NCBI RefSeq assembly: GCF_030684315.1
Contig: NC_081372.1
Span: 40,058,457 to 40,122,456 of the forward strand
DNA from: Stegostoma tigrinum
Lineage: Eukaryota
Direction: 5' to 3'
DNA length: 64,000 nt
Shown: one piece after another, positions 24,495 through 36,075 of the stretch
How the letters are laid out: every line of letters begins with the position of its first letter
How positions within the stretch are numbered: the first letter of the stretch is position 1
Program-made: the position numbers and the translations under genes
The notes under the pieces: model-generated
What the model was told of the DNA's origin: nothing
The model's input: only the letters and a program-made list of their open reading frames with translations
Database searches by the model: none

Positions 24495-24848
24495 AGAATC
24501 AGAGAACCCTGACAGTCTGGAAGCAGACCATTCATCCCATCAAGCCCACACTAACCCTCTGAAGAGCATCCCACCCAGATCCACCCTCCCACTGCTCCAC
24601 CAACCCACTACTGCATTCCTCATGGTTAATCTACCTAGCCTGCACATCCCTGGGCCCTATGGGCAATTTAGCGCAGCCAAACCATCTAATATGTACATGT
24701 TTAGACTGTGGAAGGAAACTGGAGGAAGTCCACACAGGCACAGGAAGAACCTGTAAACTCCACACAGACAGTCACCTGACAATGGAATTGAATCCAGTTC
24801 AGTGGTGCTGTGAGGCAGCAGTGCTAACCACTGAGCCACCGTGCCACC
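24495..24848 (-). mobile_element. HE1-like SINE
   Basis: Ends GCAGCAGTGCTAACCACTGAGCCACCGTGCCACC (reverse complement of the tRNA head); V-domain GGGCAATTTAGC. Confidence 0.88.
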
Positions 24849-25959
24849 TTACCTCTCTATTCTGACCAGTATCAGAAGTTCTATATTCAAAGTTGAAGTA
24901 CATTTGTTGAAGATGCTCTCATCAAGCAAACTGTGCTTTTATTAGAAAGAAAGAAGATATGATGATCTGGGCCTACTTTCTGCTCCTATGTCTTATGGTC
25001 TTATGAGTGCATATTTTGCAAGATTTTGAACTTGTTTCTTGACTCAAGTTTCCATTTAAACTTATTCATATAATGCTGTTTAAAATCTACCTGGAACAAT
25101 TACAATTCGACAGCAGTAAAAATTATTCCTGGGTATATTTAAGAGTGTTAACCTGGTGGCATTTGAGTAAAATAGCAGAACTTAAGTTTTTACATATATT
25201 TCAATTACAGGCAGACCTATGAATGTCCAATTTACAAACATGCTTACAAACTTAATCCCATACATCAGTATTAATATTCATTTTAAAGGTCTGATGTGTC
25301 AATGTTCCCTTGTACTTATGACTGGCTGTTATATATTGTCCTGAATTGTGTTCCAACTAGCATACAAATTGACTGGCAAACAGAAACCATTTACAACCTG
25401 AAGACTGCATGTAAAGCATGGAGTTCATCACTGTATGAGTACACAAATCCTAAATAATCAAAATGAACAACTACCCATGGTTTCATTTGCATAGAGTTTC
25501 TTCATGAATAGAAAACAAAAGCTTATTAGAATCCTTTTTCCCTAGAAATTGCTCCTTTTAAGACCTACTTTGAGGACCCATAAACCAGCATAATTAGCAG
25601 AAGTTCATCACAGAGATCAATTCATCAGCTGTGGCTAATTTTGTGAGCATACCTACCACAAAGTTTCTTAAATTATTACAAAGTTCCAAAAGACAATTTC
25701 AATGTTGCTGTTTTTTTGTGAATATCCCGAACATTTTAAGCTGTTCTTATTAATTTCACTGGAAAAGCTAGTGCCACTGAGTAAAAACTCCTTGCTGTGA
25801 TCTTTTCCATGTATATTTAATAATTCTTTGTATACCAGTAAGTAGCCAAGTAAAATTATTTTTCCAAAATAGTCAATTGTCTGTAATAACCCTTAAAAGG
25901 TCCATGGGGAATCCTTATTTAATCTCATCGTGGAGTTCATTGAGTATGAGTTCCTTTGG

Positions 25960-26620
25960 TAACAGGCAATGGCCTCCCAGCTAGAACTCATCACCTGAGC
26001 CTTTTCAAGCTATGTAATAACATCTATGAACAGGTTGATTAGAAAAAAAAGGTTAAATTTTAAAAGAAGTAGACCCAGATTTTATTGATGGTTTTTAGCA
26101 AGCTTTTAAAAAATGCATGAAAGGAGTTTCTGTGTTTGTGGTAGGAAGGTCACTCAGTTGTGTGTGAAAAGAATGTTAGAAAAAAAAACAAAAATAAAGT
26201 ATACTCAAATCCTACCCACAACAGAGGTATGTGATAATATCTCTGAGTAGGCTGATGAGAAAATTTTAAAAAATATTAAGAGGATCCAACCCCTCACTTT
26301 TAAAGGTTTGCATTTCCTTTAATGGGCTTTGATTATAAATTTGGGTGACCACTTGTGGTGGTTAGTAGTTTCAAAAAAACAACAGAAAATATCAGAGTGA
26401 GTTTTGTGGTAGGAAAGTCACTCAGTTGTTTGCAAAAGCACTTCTGATTATAAAGAAAAGAAACTACAAAAAAATGAAACAGACTGAAGGAATGACTCTT
26501 GACGCACATTAGTAGTGTTCCTACCTCTGATACAGGCAGCCTAGGTTCCAGTCCCATCTGCTCCAAAGGTGTGCAATAATGTCTTTGAACAGGTCGAGGA
26601 GAAAATATCCAGAAAACAGA
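25960..26620 (+). repeat. Degenerate tandem array (~270-bp period) containing short SINE-like units
   Basis: TTTGTGGTAGGAA(G/A)GTCACTCAGTTG at ~26136 and ~26403; three variants of ATAACATCTATGAACAGGTTGA at ~26017, 26235, 26576. Confidence 0.55.
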
Positions 26621-28239
26621 CCCAGGGATAGGTTTGCAGGCTGGGTCTAGCCTATATACGCAATGTGTAGGGCTCTGTTTTGGCATTTAACAAATAAATC
26701 ATGCTCCTTTCTAGTCTTGCTTTCTAAGTTATTACAGTATAATAAGAACCCTACGATGAATTAAGGAATAACAATGTCACTCAAATAACTGTTCTTATAA
26801 ACTACCTCACTAGTATTCTACCAGCAGTCCGTCTTGTTTTAAGCACCATCAGGTTTCTTGGTTCCGTATTGGACAGTTTGTGAATTATCGTGAATTTGAA
26901 TTAAGTCCCATCTAGTTTTGTCACGTATTTTCTTTTTGTTAAAACCACCTCTAAAACATTTAGTATTATTTCTAATCCAGCACAAAAACCTTTTGAGCTA
27001 AAATTTACATTCTGCCATTGACTGAAGAGAAGTAAATACTGGGTGGTATCATTCCGTTCTGGAGAAAGTGAGGTGAGTGGCAAGAAGGGCTTAAATAAGG
27101 CGAGCTGTCGATGTAGCTGATCCCTGCCACCTTCCATCATCTCCTAATTAAATTTTCGGCAGAAAGGTACACTGCTAACCTTCTCATTAACTGAGGTTCT
27201 CCAGAGCTTGAATAAGGATCACTTGAAGGCCTCAGCTCACCACAGCTGGGCAAAATAACCCAGCTGTATACAAACCTGCCTTCAGGTATCCCTCCCAGTA
27301 GCAAAATGAGTGTGAGCTGCTTGATGTCTGCCAGGTTATGGATCAAAACTTAGGGAAAAGGGCATTCAATATCAAATTGAGGACAGGGAGGTGGCTGATG
27401 AAAACCATGCCTCTGGCCTTGATTCTAGTCCTCTGGTCCCAAATTCACCATGGACAACATCCCTGGATAACTCACTTCCCCTGATGTGTCCAGAGCTATT
27501 CTCTTTTTTTACTGATCTCACTCGGGTGTGGCACTGGGAGTAATCCTGTGATTACTTCCTTTGGGATTCTGTTTCTTAGTGTAGTTTGCAGCTCTCTACG
27601 CTGTGTTTGCAGGACCTCATCCTTCTTTTTTGTGATGGAATTGGTTCAAAAATAAGGCTGTGATCTCTGGGTGTTCACTAGCTGCACCTCACCAAGCCCC
27701 ACAATCTGCTCCTCAGAATGTCCTGCAGCTACTCAGTGAAACCCTTATCCCTGGCACCAGGGAGGCAACATGCCATCCTCGTATCTTGCTGTGGTCGCAG
27801 GTTGTCTATCTGATCTTCTTCTAAGAAGCTTCCTATCCTCAAACTGCCATTGAATCCCTTTATCTCCGGCTCTCTCCCCAGGCTTTGGCAGTCAACATGT
27901 AGGCAACACTCTTTCTGCCACTGGACGAGATCATGTGGCTGCAGACATCATGCAAACAGCAGGATTAAGATTCCTTTGGCATTGGGATTAACTCTGGGAA
28001 AGATGTAACCTTTACAAGCCCAATGGGTTGCACCCCAAAGGGACCAAGTCCAATTTTCTGGGACTGTGGATTTAAACTGGAATGACAATGAGGGAACTTG
28101 AGAAGGGAGAGACAAGAAAGGGAAATAAGGTTTGAAATGAAAGAAAGAAAAGAGGAAAGCAAAAGTTGAAGGCATAGGAAACAGGAACTAATGACAAATA
28201 GGGCCATAGTCCTGAGCATAAGTGAAAATGTTCAAAGAT

Positions 28240-30415
28240 GGTCAAATATAAAGGTACTGAACCAAAATGTGTGGAGCACTGACAATAAGATTAGCAAATT
28301 AACAGTAAAAAGTGTTATTATTGTGTGTGATACACAATTATGGAGATAGAGTTGCAGTGTGACCGAGTGTTCAAATTGAATATCTAAAGGTACTCAATAT
28401 AAAGTATAAATTAGCTGCAGTAGATAGGGTTTTTCATAAAAGCAAAAGAGAAAGCATACAATGTGGCGAAGGGCAGTGGGAAACCAAAGGATTGGGAAGC
28501 TTACAAAAAACAACAGAGGGCAAAAATAAAAGAAATAAGGAGGGAGAAGATTGAATATGAGGGTAAGCTAGCCAGTAGTATAAAGGAGGACTGTAAGAGT
28601 TTCTTTAGATACATAAAAGGGCAAAAGAGAGGCATAAGTGGAAATTGGACCACTGGAAAATGACGCTAGAGAGATAGTCATGGGGAACAAGGAAATGGCT
28701 GAAGAATGGAATAATTACTTTGCTTCAGTCTTCACCATGGAAGACATGAGTAATATCCCAAAGCTTTGAGAGAGTCGGGGGCAGAGTTAAATACGGTGGC
28801 CATCACCAAGGAGAAGGTGCTGGAAAAACTGAATGGCCTGAAGGTGGATAAATCACTAGGCCCATATGGACTACACCCCAGAGTTCTTAAGGAGGTAGCT
28901 GAAGAGATAGTGGAGGCGTTAATGGTGATTTTCCAGGAATCGCTAGAGTCAGGGAGGGTCCCATAGGGCTGGAAAATTGCTAATGTGACACCTGTGCTTA
29001 AAAAGGGAGTAAGGCAAAAGACTGAAAATTACAGGCCGATTAGCCTAACCTTGGTCATGGGTAAAATTTTAAAGTCTATTGTGAAGGATGAGATTTCTGA
29101 ATACTTGGAAGTGCATTGTAAAACAGGGGCAAAGTTAGTCTGACTTCATCAAGAGAAGTCATGCCTGTCAAAACTGTTAGACTTATTTGAGGAAGTAACG
29201 AGCAGGGTAGACCAAGGAGAGTCAATATATGTTTTATACCTGGACTTCAAGAAGGCCTTTGACAAGGTGCCGCGCAGGATACTGCTGAATAAGAAAGGGG
29301 CCCATTGTGTTAGAGGCAAGGTGCTAGCACGGAAAGAAGATTGGATCTCTGGCAGAAAGCAGACAGTGGGGTTAAAAATGTCTTTCTCAGGTTGACAGCG
29401 GGTGATAAGTGGCGTGCCACAAGAGTCAGTTTTGGGACCACAAATTTTCTCTTTGTGCATTACTGATCCAGTTGAAAGGACTGAGGGCATTCTGGCTAAG
29501 TTTGCAGATGAAACAAAGACAGGCAGAGGGACAGGTTTTCTTGAGGGTGCAGAAGGATTTGGACAGGTTAGGAGAATGGGCAAAAAAGTGGCAGATGAAG
29601 TACAATGCGGGAAAGTGTGAGGTCATGCATGTTGGTAAGAAGAATAGAAGCATAGACTATTTTCTAAATGGGGAGAAAATTCAGACGTCTGAAGTGCAAA
29701 GAGACTTGGAAGTTCTAGGTCAGAATTCTCTCAAGGCACACTCTCAGGTTGAGTCAGTAGTTAGGAAGGCAAATGCAACTTTGGCATTTATTTTGAGAGG
29801 ACTTGAATATAAAAGCGGGGATGTAAGTCTGAGGATTGATAAGGCTCTGGTCAGGCCACATTTGAAGTATTGTGTGTAGTTTAGGGTCCCATATCTCAGC
29901 AAAGATGTAATGACCCCGTAGTGGATTCAGAGGAGGTTCACGAGAACAGTCCTAGGAATGAAAAGCTTAACATATGAGGCATGTTTGAGCACTGGCTCTA
30001 TACTCAATGGAGTTTAGACAGAGAAGAGGGAATTCTAATTGAAACTTAACAGAACACTGAATGACCTGGACAGAGTGAAAATTGGGAAGATGTTTCCATT
30101 GGTAGGAGAAATTAAGGCCTGAGGGGACAGCCTTAGAGTAAAGGGAAAACCTTTCAGAACGGAGATAAGGAGATGTTTCTTTAGCCAGAGGGTGGTGAAT
30201 CTATAGAATTCATTGCCACAGAAGGCTGTGGAGTCCAAGTCATTGAGTATATTTAAGACAGAAATACAGAGGTTCTTGTTTGTCAAGGGGATCAAGGGTT
30301 ATGGGGAGAAAGCAGGAGAATGGGTTTGAGAAACTTATCAGCCATGATTGAGTGGCAGATTAAATTCAATGGGCTGAATTGCCTAATTTCTGTTCCTCAT
30401 GGTCTTATGGTTTTT
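28240..30415 (+). mobile_element. Decayed CR1 LINE ORF2 and 3' UTR
   Basis: LKVDKSLGPYGLHPRVLKE, SGVPQESVLGP, KFADETK, WAKKWQMKYNAGKCEVMH, LVRPHLKYCV in broken frames. Confidence 0.93.
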
Positions 30416-30445
30416 AATTAAAAGGCACAACAGCAGATAGGTAAT

Positions 30446-33105
30446 AACTAGTATTTGAGAAACAAATGAATGCACTGCAACAGTCATGCACTCCATTCAG
30501 GTCCAAAAGTATAGCAGGAAAAACGGTTCGAACATGGCGAACAAAATCAATGAAGGAATAAGACCAGAGCTAAAGACAAGTAATTTGTGAGAAAAAGTAG
30601 GAAGCCTGAGGACTGACAGCAGTTTATAATTTAGCAAAGGAGGACTAGGAGGTTGGGTATGAAGACAAAATAGAGAATGAGAATAAACTTACAAGGATCA
30701 TAAAAGTGGACTAAGATCTTCTGTAAGTAAAAAGAAAAAGATTAGTGAAGACAGATGTGGAGCCCGCAGTGTGTGTAAGGAAATGCAAAACAAATAAGCC
30801 ACAGAACATCATTAGTAGAAGGTAAATGCTAGGTATGAGATAACAGGACACTTTGAAAATATGAACAAGATCAGACAAGGCCAACTCAGATTTATGAAAC
30901 AAGATCATGTTTGATAGCTAGATGAACACAGCAGGCCAAGCAGCATCAGAGGAGCAGGAAAGCTGCCGTTTTGGGTCTAGACCCTTCTTCAGAAATGAGA
31001 GAGGGGGAGGCAGATAGAAGATGGATAGAGGAGAAGATAGGTGGAGAGGAGACAGGTGGGTCAAAGAGGTGGGGATGGAGCCAGTAGAGGTGAGCATAGT
31101 GGGGGAGGTAGGGAGGAGATACGTCAGGCCTGGAAGGACAGACAGGTCAAGGGGGCAGGATGAGGTTAGTAGGTAGGAGATGGGTATGGGGCTTGAGATG
31201 GGAGGAGATCATAGGTGGGAGGAAGGACAGGTTAGGGCGGCAAGGACAAGCTCCCATGCAATTCACACAACTCATCCCTCACACGCCCTCCATGCAATAA
31301 TAACCAAAACAGAATCCCCCTCGTACCTCTCCACCAACCTTCGGATCCAACGCATCATCCTCCGACACTCCTGCCATCTGCAATCTGAGCCCACGACCAA
31401 AGACTTTCTCCCTCCCCACCCTTATCTGCTTCCTGGAGGGACCACTCTCTCTGGTCCTCCCTTGTCCACTCTGCACTCCACTCCAGCCCCACCACACCTG
31501 GCACTTTTCCCTGCAACTGCAGGAAGTGCTACACCTGCCCCCACACCTCCTCCCTCACCCCTATCTCAGGCCCCAAGAAGGCTTTCCACATCAAGCAGAT
31601 GTTCACCTGCACATCTGCTAATGTGATATACTGCATTTGCTGTCCCCGTTGTGGCCTCCTCTACATCGGGGAAATCAAACGGTGGCTTGGGGACCGCTTT
31701 GCAGAACACCCAGGCTCGGTTCACACTAAACAACTGCACTTCTCAGTGGCGAACCATTTCAACTCCCCCGCCCATTCCTCAGACGACAAGTCCATCCTGG
31801 GCCTCCTACAGTGCCACAATGATGCCACTCGAAGATTGCAGAACAGCACCTCATATTCTGCTTGGGAACCCTGTAGCCCAATGGTATCAATGTGGACTAC
31901 ACAAGCTTCAAACTTTCCCCTCCCCCCACCCCATCCCAGAAACAGCCCAACTTGTCCCTGACCTGTCCTTCCTCTCACCTGTCCCCTCATCCCACCTCAA
32001 GCCCCATACCCACCTCCTACCTACTAACCTCATCCTGCTCCCTTGACCTGTCCATCCACCCTGGGCTGACCTATCTCGTCCCTACCTCCCGGCCTACACT
32101 CACCTTTACTGGCTCTATCCCTGCCTCTTTGACCTGTCTGTCTCCTCTCCACCTATCTTCTCTCTATCCATCTTCTATCTACCACCCCTCTCGCTGTTTA
32201 TTTCAGATCCCCCTTCCCCTCCCCCATTTCTGAAGAAGGGTCTAGACCCAAAACGTCAACTTTTCTGCTCCTCTGACGCTGCTTGGCCTGCTGTATTCAT
32301 CTAGCTATCAAACATCATTTTAATTCATAAACTGAGTCAGCCTTGTATGATCTCATTCATATTTTCAAAGTATCCTGTTACCTCATACCTAGCATTTACC
32401 TCCTATTGATGTTAGGCTATCTGGTCTGTAATTCCCTGTTTTCTCCTTCCCTCCATTCTTAAATAGTGGGGTTACATTTGCCACACTAAAATCTGCTGAA
32501 AATATTCCAGAATCTACAGAATTTTGAAAGATAACAACCAACTCATTAAGTTACGGCATGACCACCACTTTTAGGACCCTGGGGCATAGATTATCAGGTC
32601 CTAGGGATTTATTAGCTTTCGGTCCTATTAATTTCTCCAGCACTTCTTTTCTTCACTCACGCTAATTTCCTTCAAATTATATTCCCAACAGACCCTTGGA
32701 TCCCTGGCATTCTTGGGAAGTTATTTGTGACTTCCTCTGTGAAGACAGAACTACAGTAAATATTTAATTGTTCTGCGGCTTATTTGTTTTGCATTTCATT
32801 TCACACACTGCGGGCTCCACATCTGTCTTCACTAATCTTTTTCTTTTTACTTACAGAAGATCTTAGTCCACTTTTATGTTCCTTGTAAGTTTATTCTCAT
32901 TCTCTCCCAATGTCCCAGTCCTCCTTTGCTAAATTATAAACTGCTGTCAGTCCTCAGGCTTCCTACTTTTTCTCACAAATAGCTCTAATCTTATCCTTAA
33001 TTGATTCTGTTAGCCATGTTTGAATCATTTTTCCTGTTGTACTTTTGGACCTGAATGGAATGCATGACTGTTGCAGTGCATTCATTTGTTTCTCAAATAC
33101 TAGTT
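30446..33105. repeat. Large imperfect inverted repeat (old CR1 flank plus PLE terminus in both arms)
   Basis: ACTAGTATTTGAGAAACAAATGAATGCACTGCAACAG (30447) vs CTGTTGCAGTGCATTCATTTGTTTCTCAAATACTAGT (~33068); arms ~30446-31250 and ~31960-33105. Confidence 0.9.
31250..32305 (+). mobile_element. Penelope-like element 3' part with GIY-YIG endonuclease remnant, preceded by an inverted terminal copy (30915-31250)
   Basis: FTCTSANVIYCICCPRCGLLYIGEIKRWLGDRFAEH...VANHFNSPAHS; terminus CTGAAGAAGGGTCTAGACCCAAAACGTC at 32230. Confidence 0.92.
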
Positions 33106-33144
33106 TGGCCTGCTGTGTTCATCCAGCTCTCCACCTTGTTACCT

Positions 33145-34095
33145 GTGTATGCCTGAGTTCTTTTCGGATTGAAAGGCCATGACTAGTGGTTTACCACAAT
33201 GATCATTGCTTCAGCCCTAAATATTCAGAATATTTTGCAGTCATTTGGAGGAGGAATCATTAATGATCATTGCAAATTTGCTGATGACAAATTTGTTGAC
33301 CTCATATAGAGGATTCAAGGCAATTTAGACAAATTGAGTGAGTGGGCCAATGCATGATAGATGCACCATAATGTGGACAAGTGTGAAGTTACCCACTTTG
33401 GTAGAAAACAGCAGGAAAGCAGAGAATTATTTAAACAGTATGGATTGGGAAGTGTTAAGGTACAAAGAGTGTTGTTAGAGAATCATACATACTCTATGGT
33501 GTGGAAATAGGCCATTTGGCCTACCAAGCCCACACTAACCCATCAAAGAGCATCCCGCCCCACTATCCTACTCGTGTAACTCAGCATTTCCAATGGCTAA
33601 TCCGCTTAACCTACACATCCCCTCGATACTACAGGCAATTTGGCACAGCCAATCCACATAACCTGTACACCCTTGGACTGTGGGAGGAATCCAGACCACG
33701 CAAAGGAAACTCACCCAAACAGGAGGAGAATATGCAAACTCCACACAGAGGGTTGAATCGAACCTAGGTCCTTGGCACTGTGAGGCGGCAGTGCTAACCA
33801 CAGGGTCACTATGCTGCCCTACATCATCTTTGTACACCATTCAATAAAAACATGCATGCAGGTGCAGCAAGCAGTTAGGAGGGCAAACGGTACAGTGTAC
33901 TTCATTGTAAGGGGTTCAAATATAGGAACGAGGATGTCTTACAGCAGCTGTTCATGGCCTCAATAAGACAACAGTTGTATGCAATTTTGTTGTACTTACC
34001 TAAGAAAAGATATAGTTGCCATTTAGTGTTCAACAAATGTTCACCACACTGATTTCTGGAAAGGCAGATTTGTGATATGAGGAGAAATTGGATCA
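33145..34095 (+). mobile_element. Old CR1 RT remnant interrupted by an HE1-like SINE
   Basis: ACTAGTGGTTTACCACAA (TSGLPQ), AAATTTGCTGATGAC (KFADD), AAGTGTGAAGTTACCCACTTTGG (KCEVTHFG). Confidence 0.8.
33478..33820 (-). mobile_element. HE1-like SINE
   Basis: GTGGAAATAGGCCATTTGGCC tail, V-domain GGCAATTTGGCACAGCCAATCCAC, head GGCAGTGCTAACCAC. Confidence 0.85.
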
Positions 34096-34099
34096 ATGA

Positions 34100-34340
34100 A
34101 GCCTTTATTTGTTGTTGATTTAAGTCGAAGGAAAGCAAAAGATATGCTGTACTGGCCAAACATGAATAGTGAAATCATTGACCACATCAACCACTGCAAT
34201 GCTTGCAATAAGTACGAAACTAAGCAAGCTGGAAAACCTCTGTCAGAAGATATCCCTGACAGACCATGCCAAAGCTAAGAGAAGTTCACATCACTCTCAC
34301 AGTTGTCACTGTTGACCACTATTCTGATTACTATTACTAT
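34100..34340 (+). mobile_element. Gypsy integrase zinc-binding fragment
   Basis: RRKAKDMLYWPNMNSEIIDHINHCNACNKY...IPDRPCQ fits the A...YWP.M...I...C..C motif of Gypsy integrases. Confidence 0.8.
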
Positions 34341-35254
34341 TCTGGGTAAGCAGGAATATGGAGTAATCAGATCAGACATGTCCTCATTGGAAGGGCCAAG
34401 GGGGACTACTCCTGTCCTTTTTCATATGTTCATAACATTAACTCTCAAAGATGCAACCAGATTGCTTGAGTAATTTTTCTGCCATTTTATTCTATGCCTG
34501 TTAGCCAAATAAATATTTTAAAATGTGAACTAAATAATCAATTGACTCTTTAACATTAATAAATAGATTTTAGGCCAGTAAAGCTTATGAAAATGATATA
34601 ATGTTGTACCAGTGACTTCCTCTGACCCTTTCATCATATCACACAATCAAGCTGACCTTGTAATTGTTGCTTACTTTTACACTTAGGCCTAATATCTCAT
34701 TTCCTTCTTGCAAATATTTTGTTTGGCTTAAATTGGTTATTGGAAAGAAAAATTCGAAACATGCCTCGAAGCCAACCACCTTGGCGTCAAAGCAGTAAAA
34801 CACTCTTCTTTGTGAGAGTAAACACAAACTGGAAGTATCTTTACCATCAGTGAAACCATAGTGTTGCATTAATTGAAACCATAGTCCCATGAGAAGGCGA
34901 CAAGTGAAAATAGTAATTTTTATTAGCAAGTGTTTTGCAATGTTAGCCATCTGATGGTTGAAAGGACAGAAGATAGCTAACTCTGGCTCAACCCTCTTCC
35001 CAATGCCAAGTCTTTCAATTAAGCATTGAGTGATATTGAATGAGGGACCTCCCACATCCACCCCAGGAACCCCCAAATAAACCAACACTGCTTTTCAAAC
35101 TTTCTGTGTGGTACTCCTCACCGCTACCAGTGGCAGTGGGTTGTGATCCTTAAGTAGTTTTATTTGCTGGCTTAATAACTTCAGTTAGCATTGGAGCAGG
35201 AGGTCCATGTGCCAGCCTTCCTTCCCTGGACATAATTGGGCAGTCCATGTTCAC

Positions 35255-36075
35255 ATGCAACAAGATCAGTCAATATCCAGGCTTGGGCTGACAAGTGGCA
35301 AGTGACATTCACACCACACAAATGTCAGGCTATGACCATCACTAATAAGAGACAATCTAACCACCGGCCCTTGGCATTCAATGGTGTTACCATCACTGAA
35401 TCCCCCACTATCAACATCTTGGAGGTTACCATTGACCAGAATCTCATCTGGACTCACCACATTAACAGAGTGGTTACGACAGCAGGCTAGAAGCTGGGAA
35501 TACTGTAGTGAGTAACTCATCTCGTGGCTCCTCAAAGCCTGTCTAACATGTACAAAGCACAAGTTGGGAGTGTGATGGAGTACTCCAACTGGCCTGGATG
35601 AGTACAGCCCCAACAACACTCAAGTATCTTGACACCATCCAGAATAAAGCAGCCCGCTTGATTGGCACTGCATCCCACAAGCATTCACTCCCTCCTCCAC
35701 CGACGCTCAGGAGCAGCATTGTGTACTATCTACAAGATATACTGCAGAAATTCATCAAAGATTCTCAGACAGCACCTTCCAAACCCATGACCTATTCCAT
35801 CCAGGAGAACAAGGGCAGCAGATAAAAGGGAATACCACCATCTCCAAGTTCCCTTCCAAGTCACTCACCAACCTGACTTGGACTATGTCAATGTTCCTTC
35901 ACTGTCGCTGGGTCAAAATCCTGGAATTCTCTCCCTAATAGCATTGTGGGTCAACTCACAGCAGCAGGAATGCAGCAGTTCAAGAATGCAGCTTATCACC
36001 ATCTTCTTAAGGGCAACTTGGGATGGGCAAGAAATGCTGGCCAGCCAGCGACATCCACATGCCGTGAAATGAATA
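35255..36075 (+). mobile_element. CR1-group/L2-like LINE 3' part
   Basis: NIQAWADKWQVTFTPHKCQAMTITNKRQSNHRPL...ESPTINILEVTIDQ; tail GGGCAACTTGGGATGGGCAAGAAATGCTGGCCAGCCAGCGAC. Confidence 0.88.

Noticed and set aside
25212-25274. Acceptor followed by QTYECPIYK, resembling the dynein heavy chain C-terminal YECPVYK motif
   Set aside because: Similarity stops after 9 residues, a stop follows, the expected W..AGVALL ending is absent and no other dynein exons are seen
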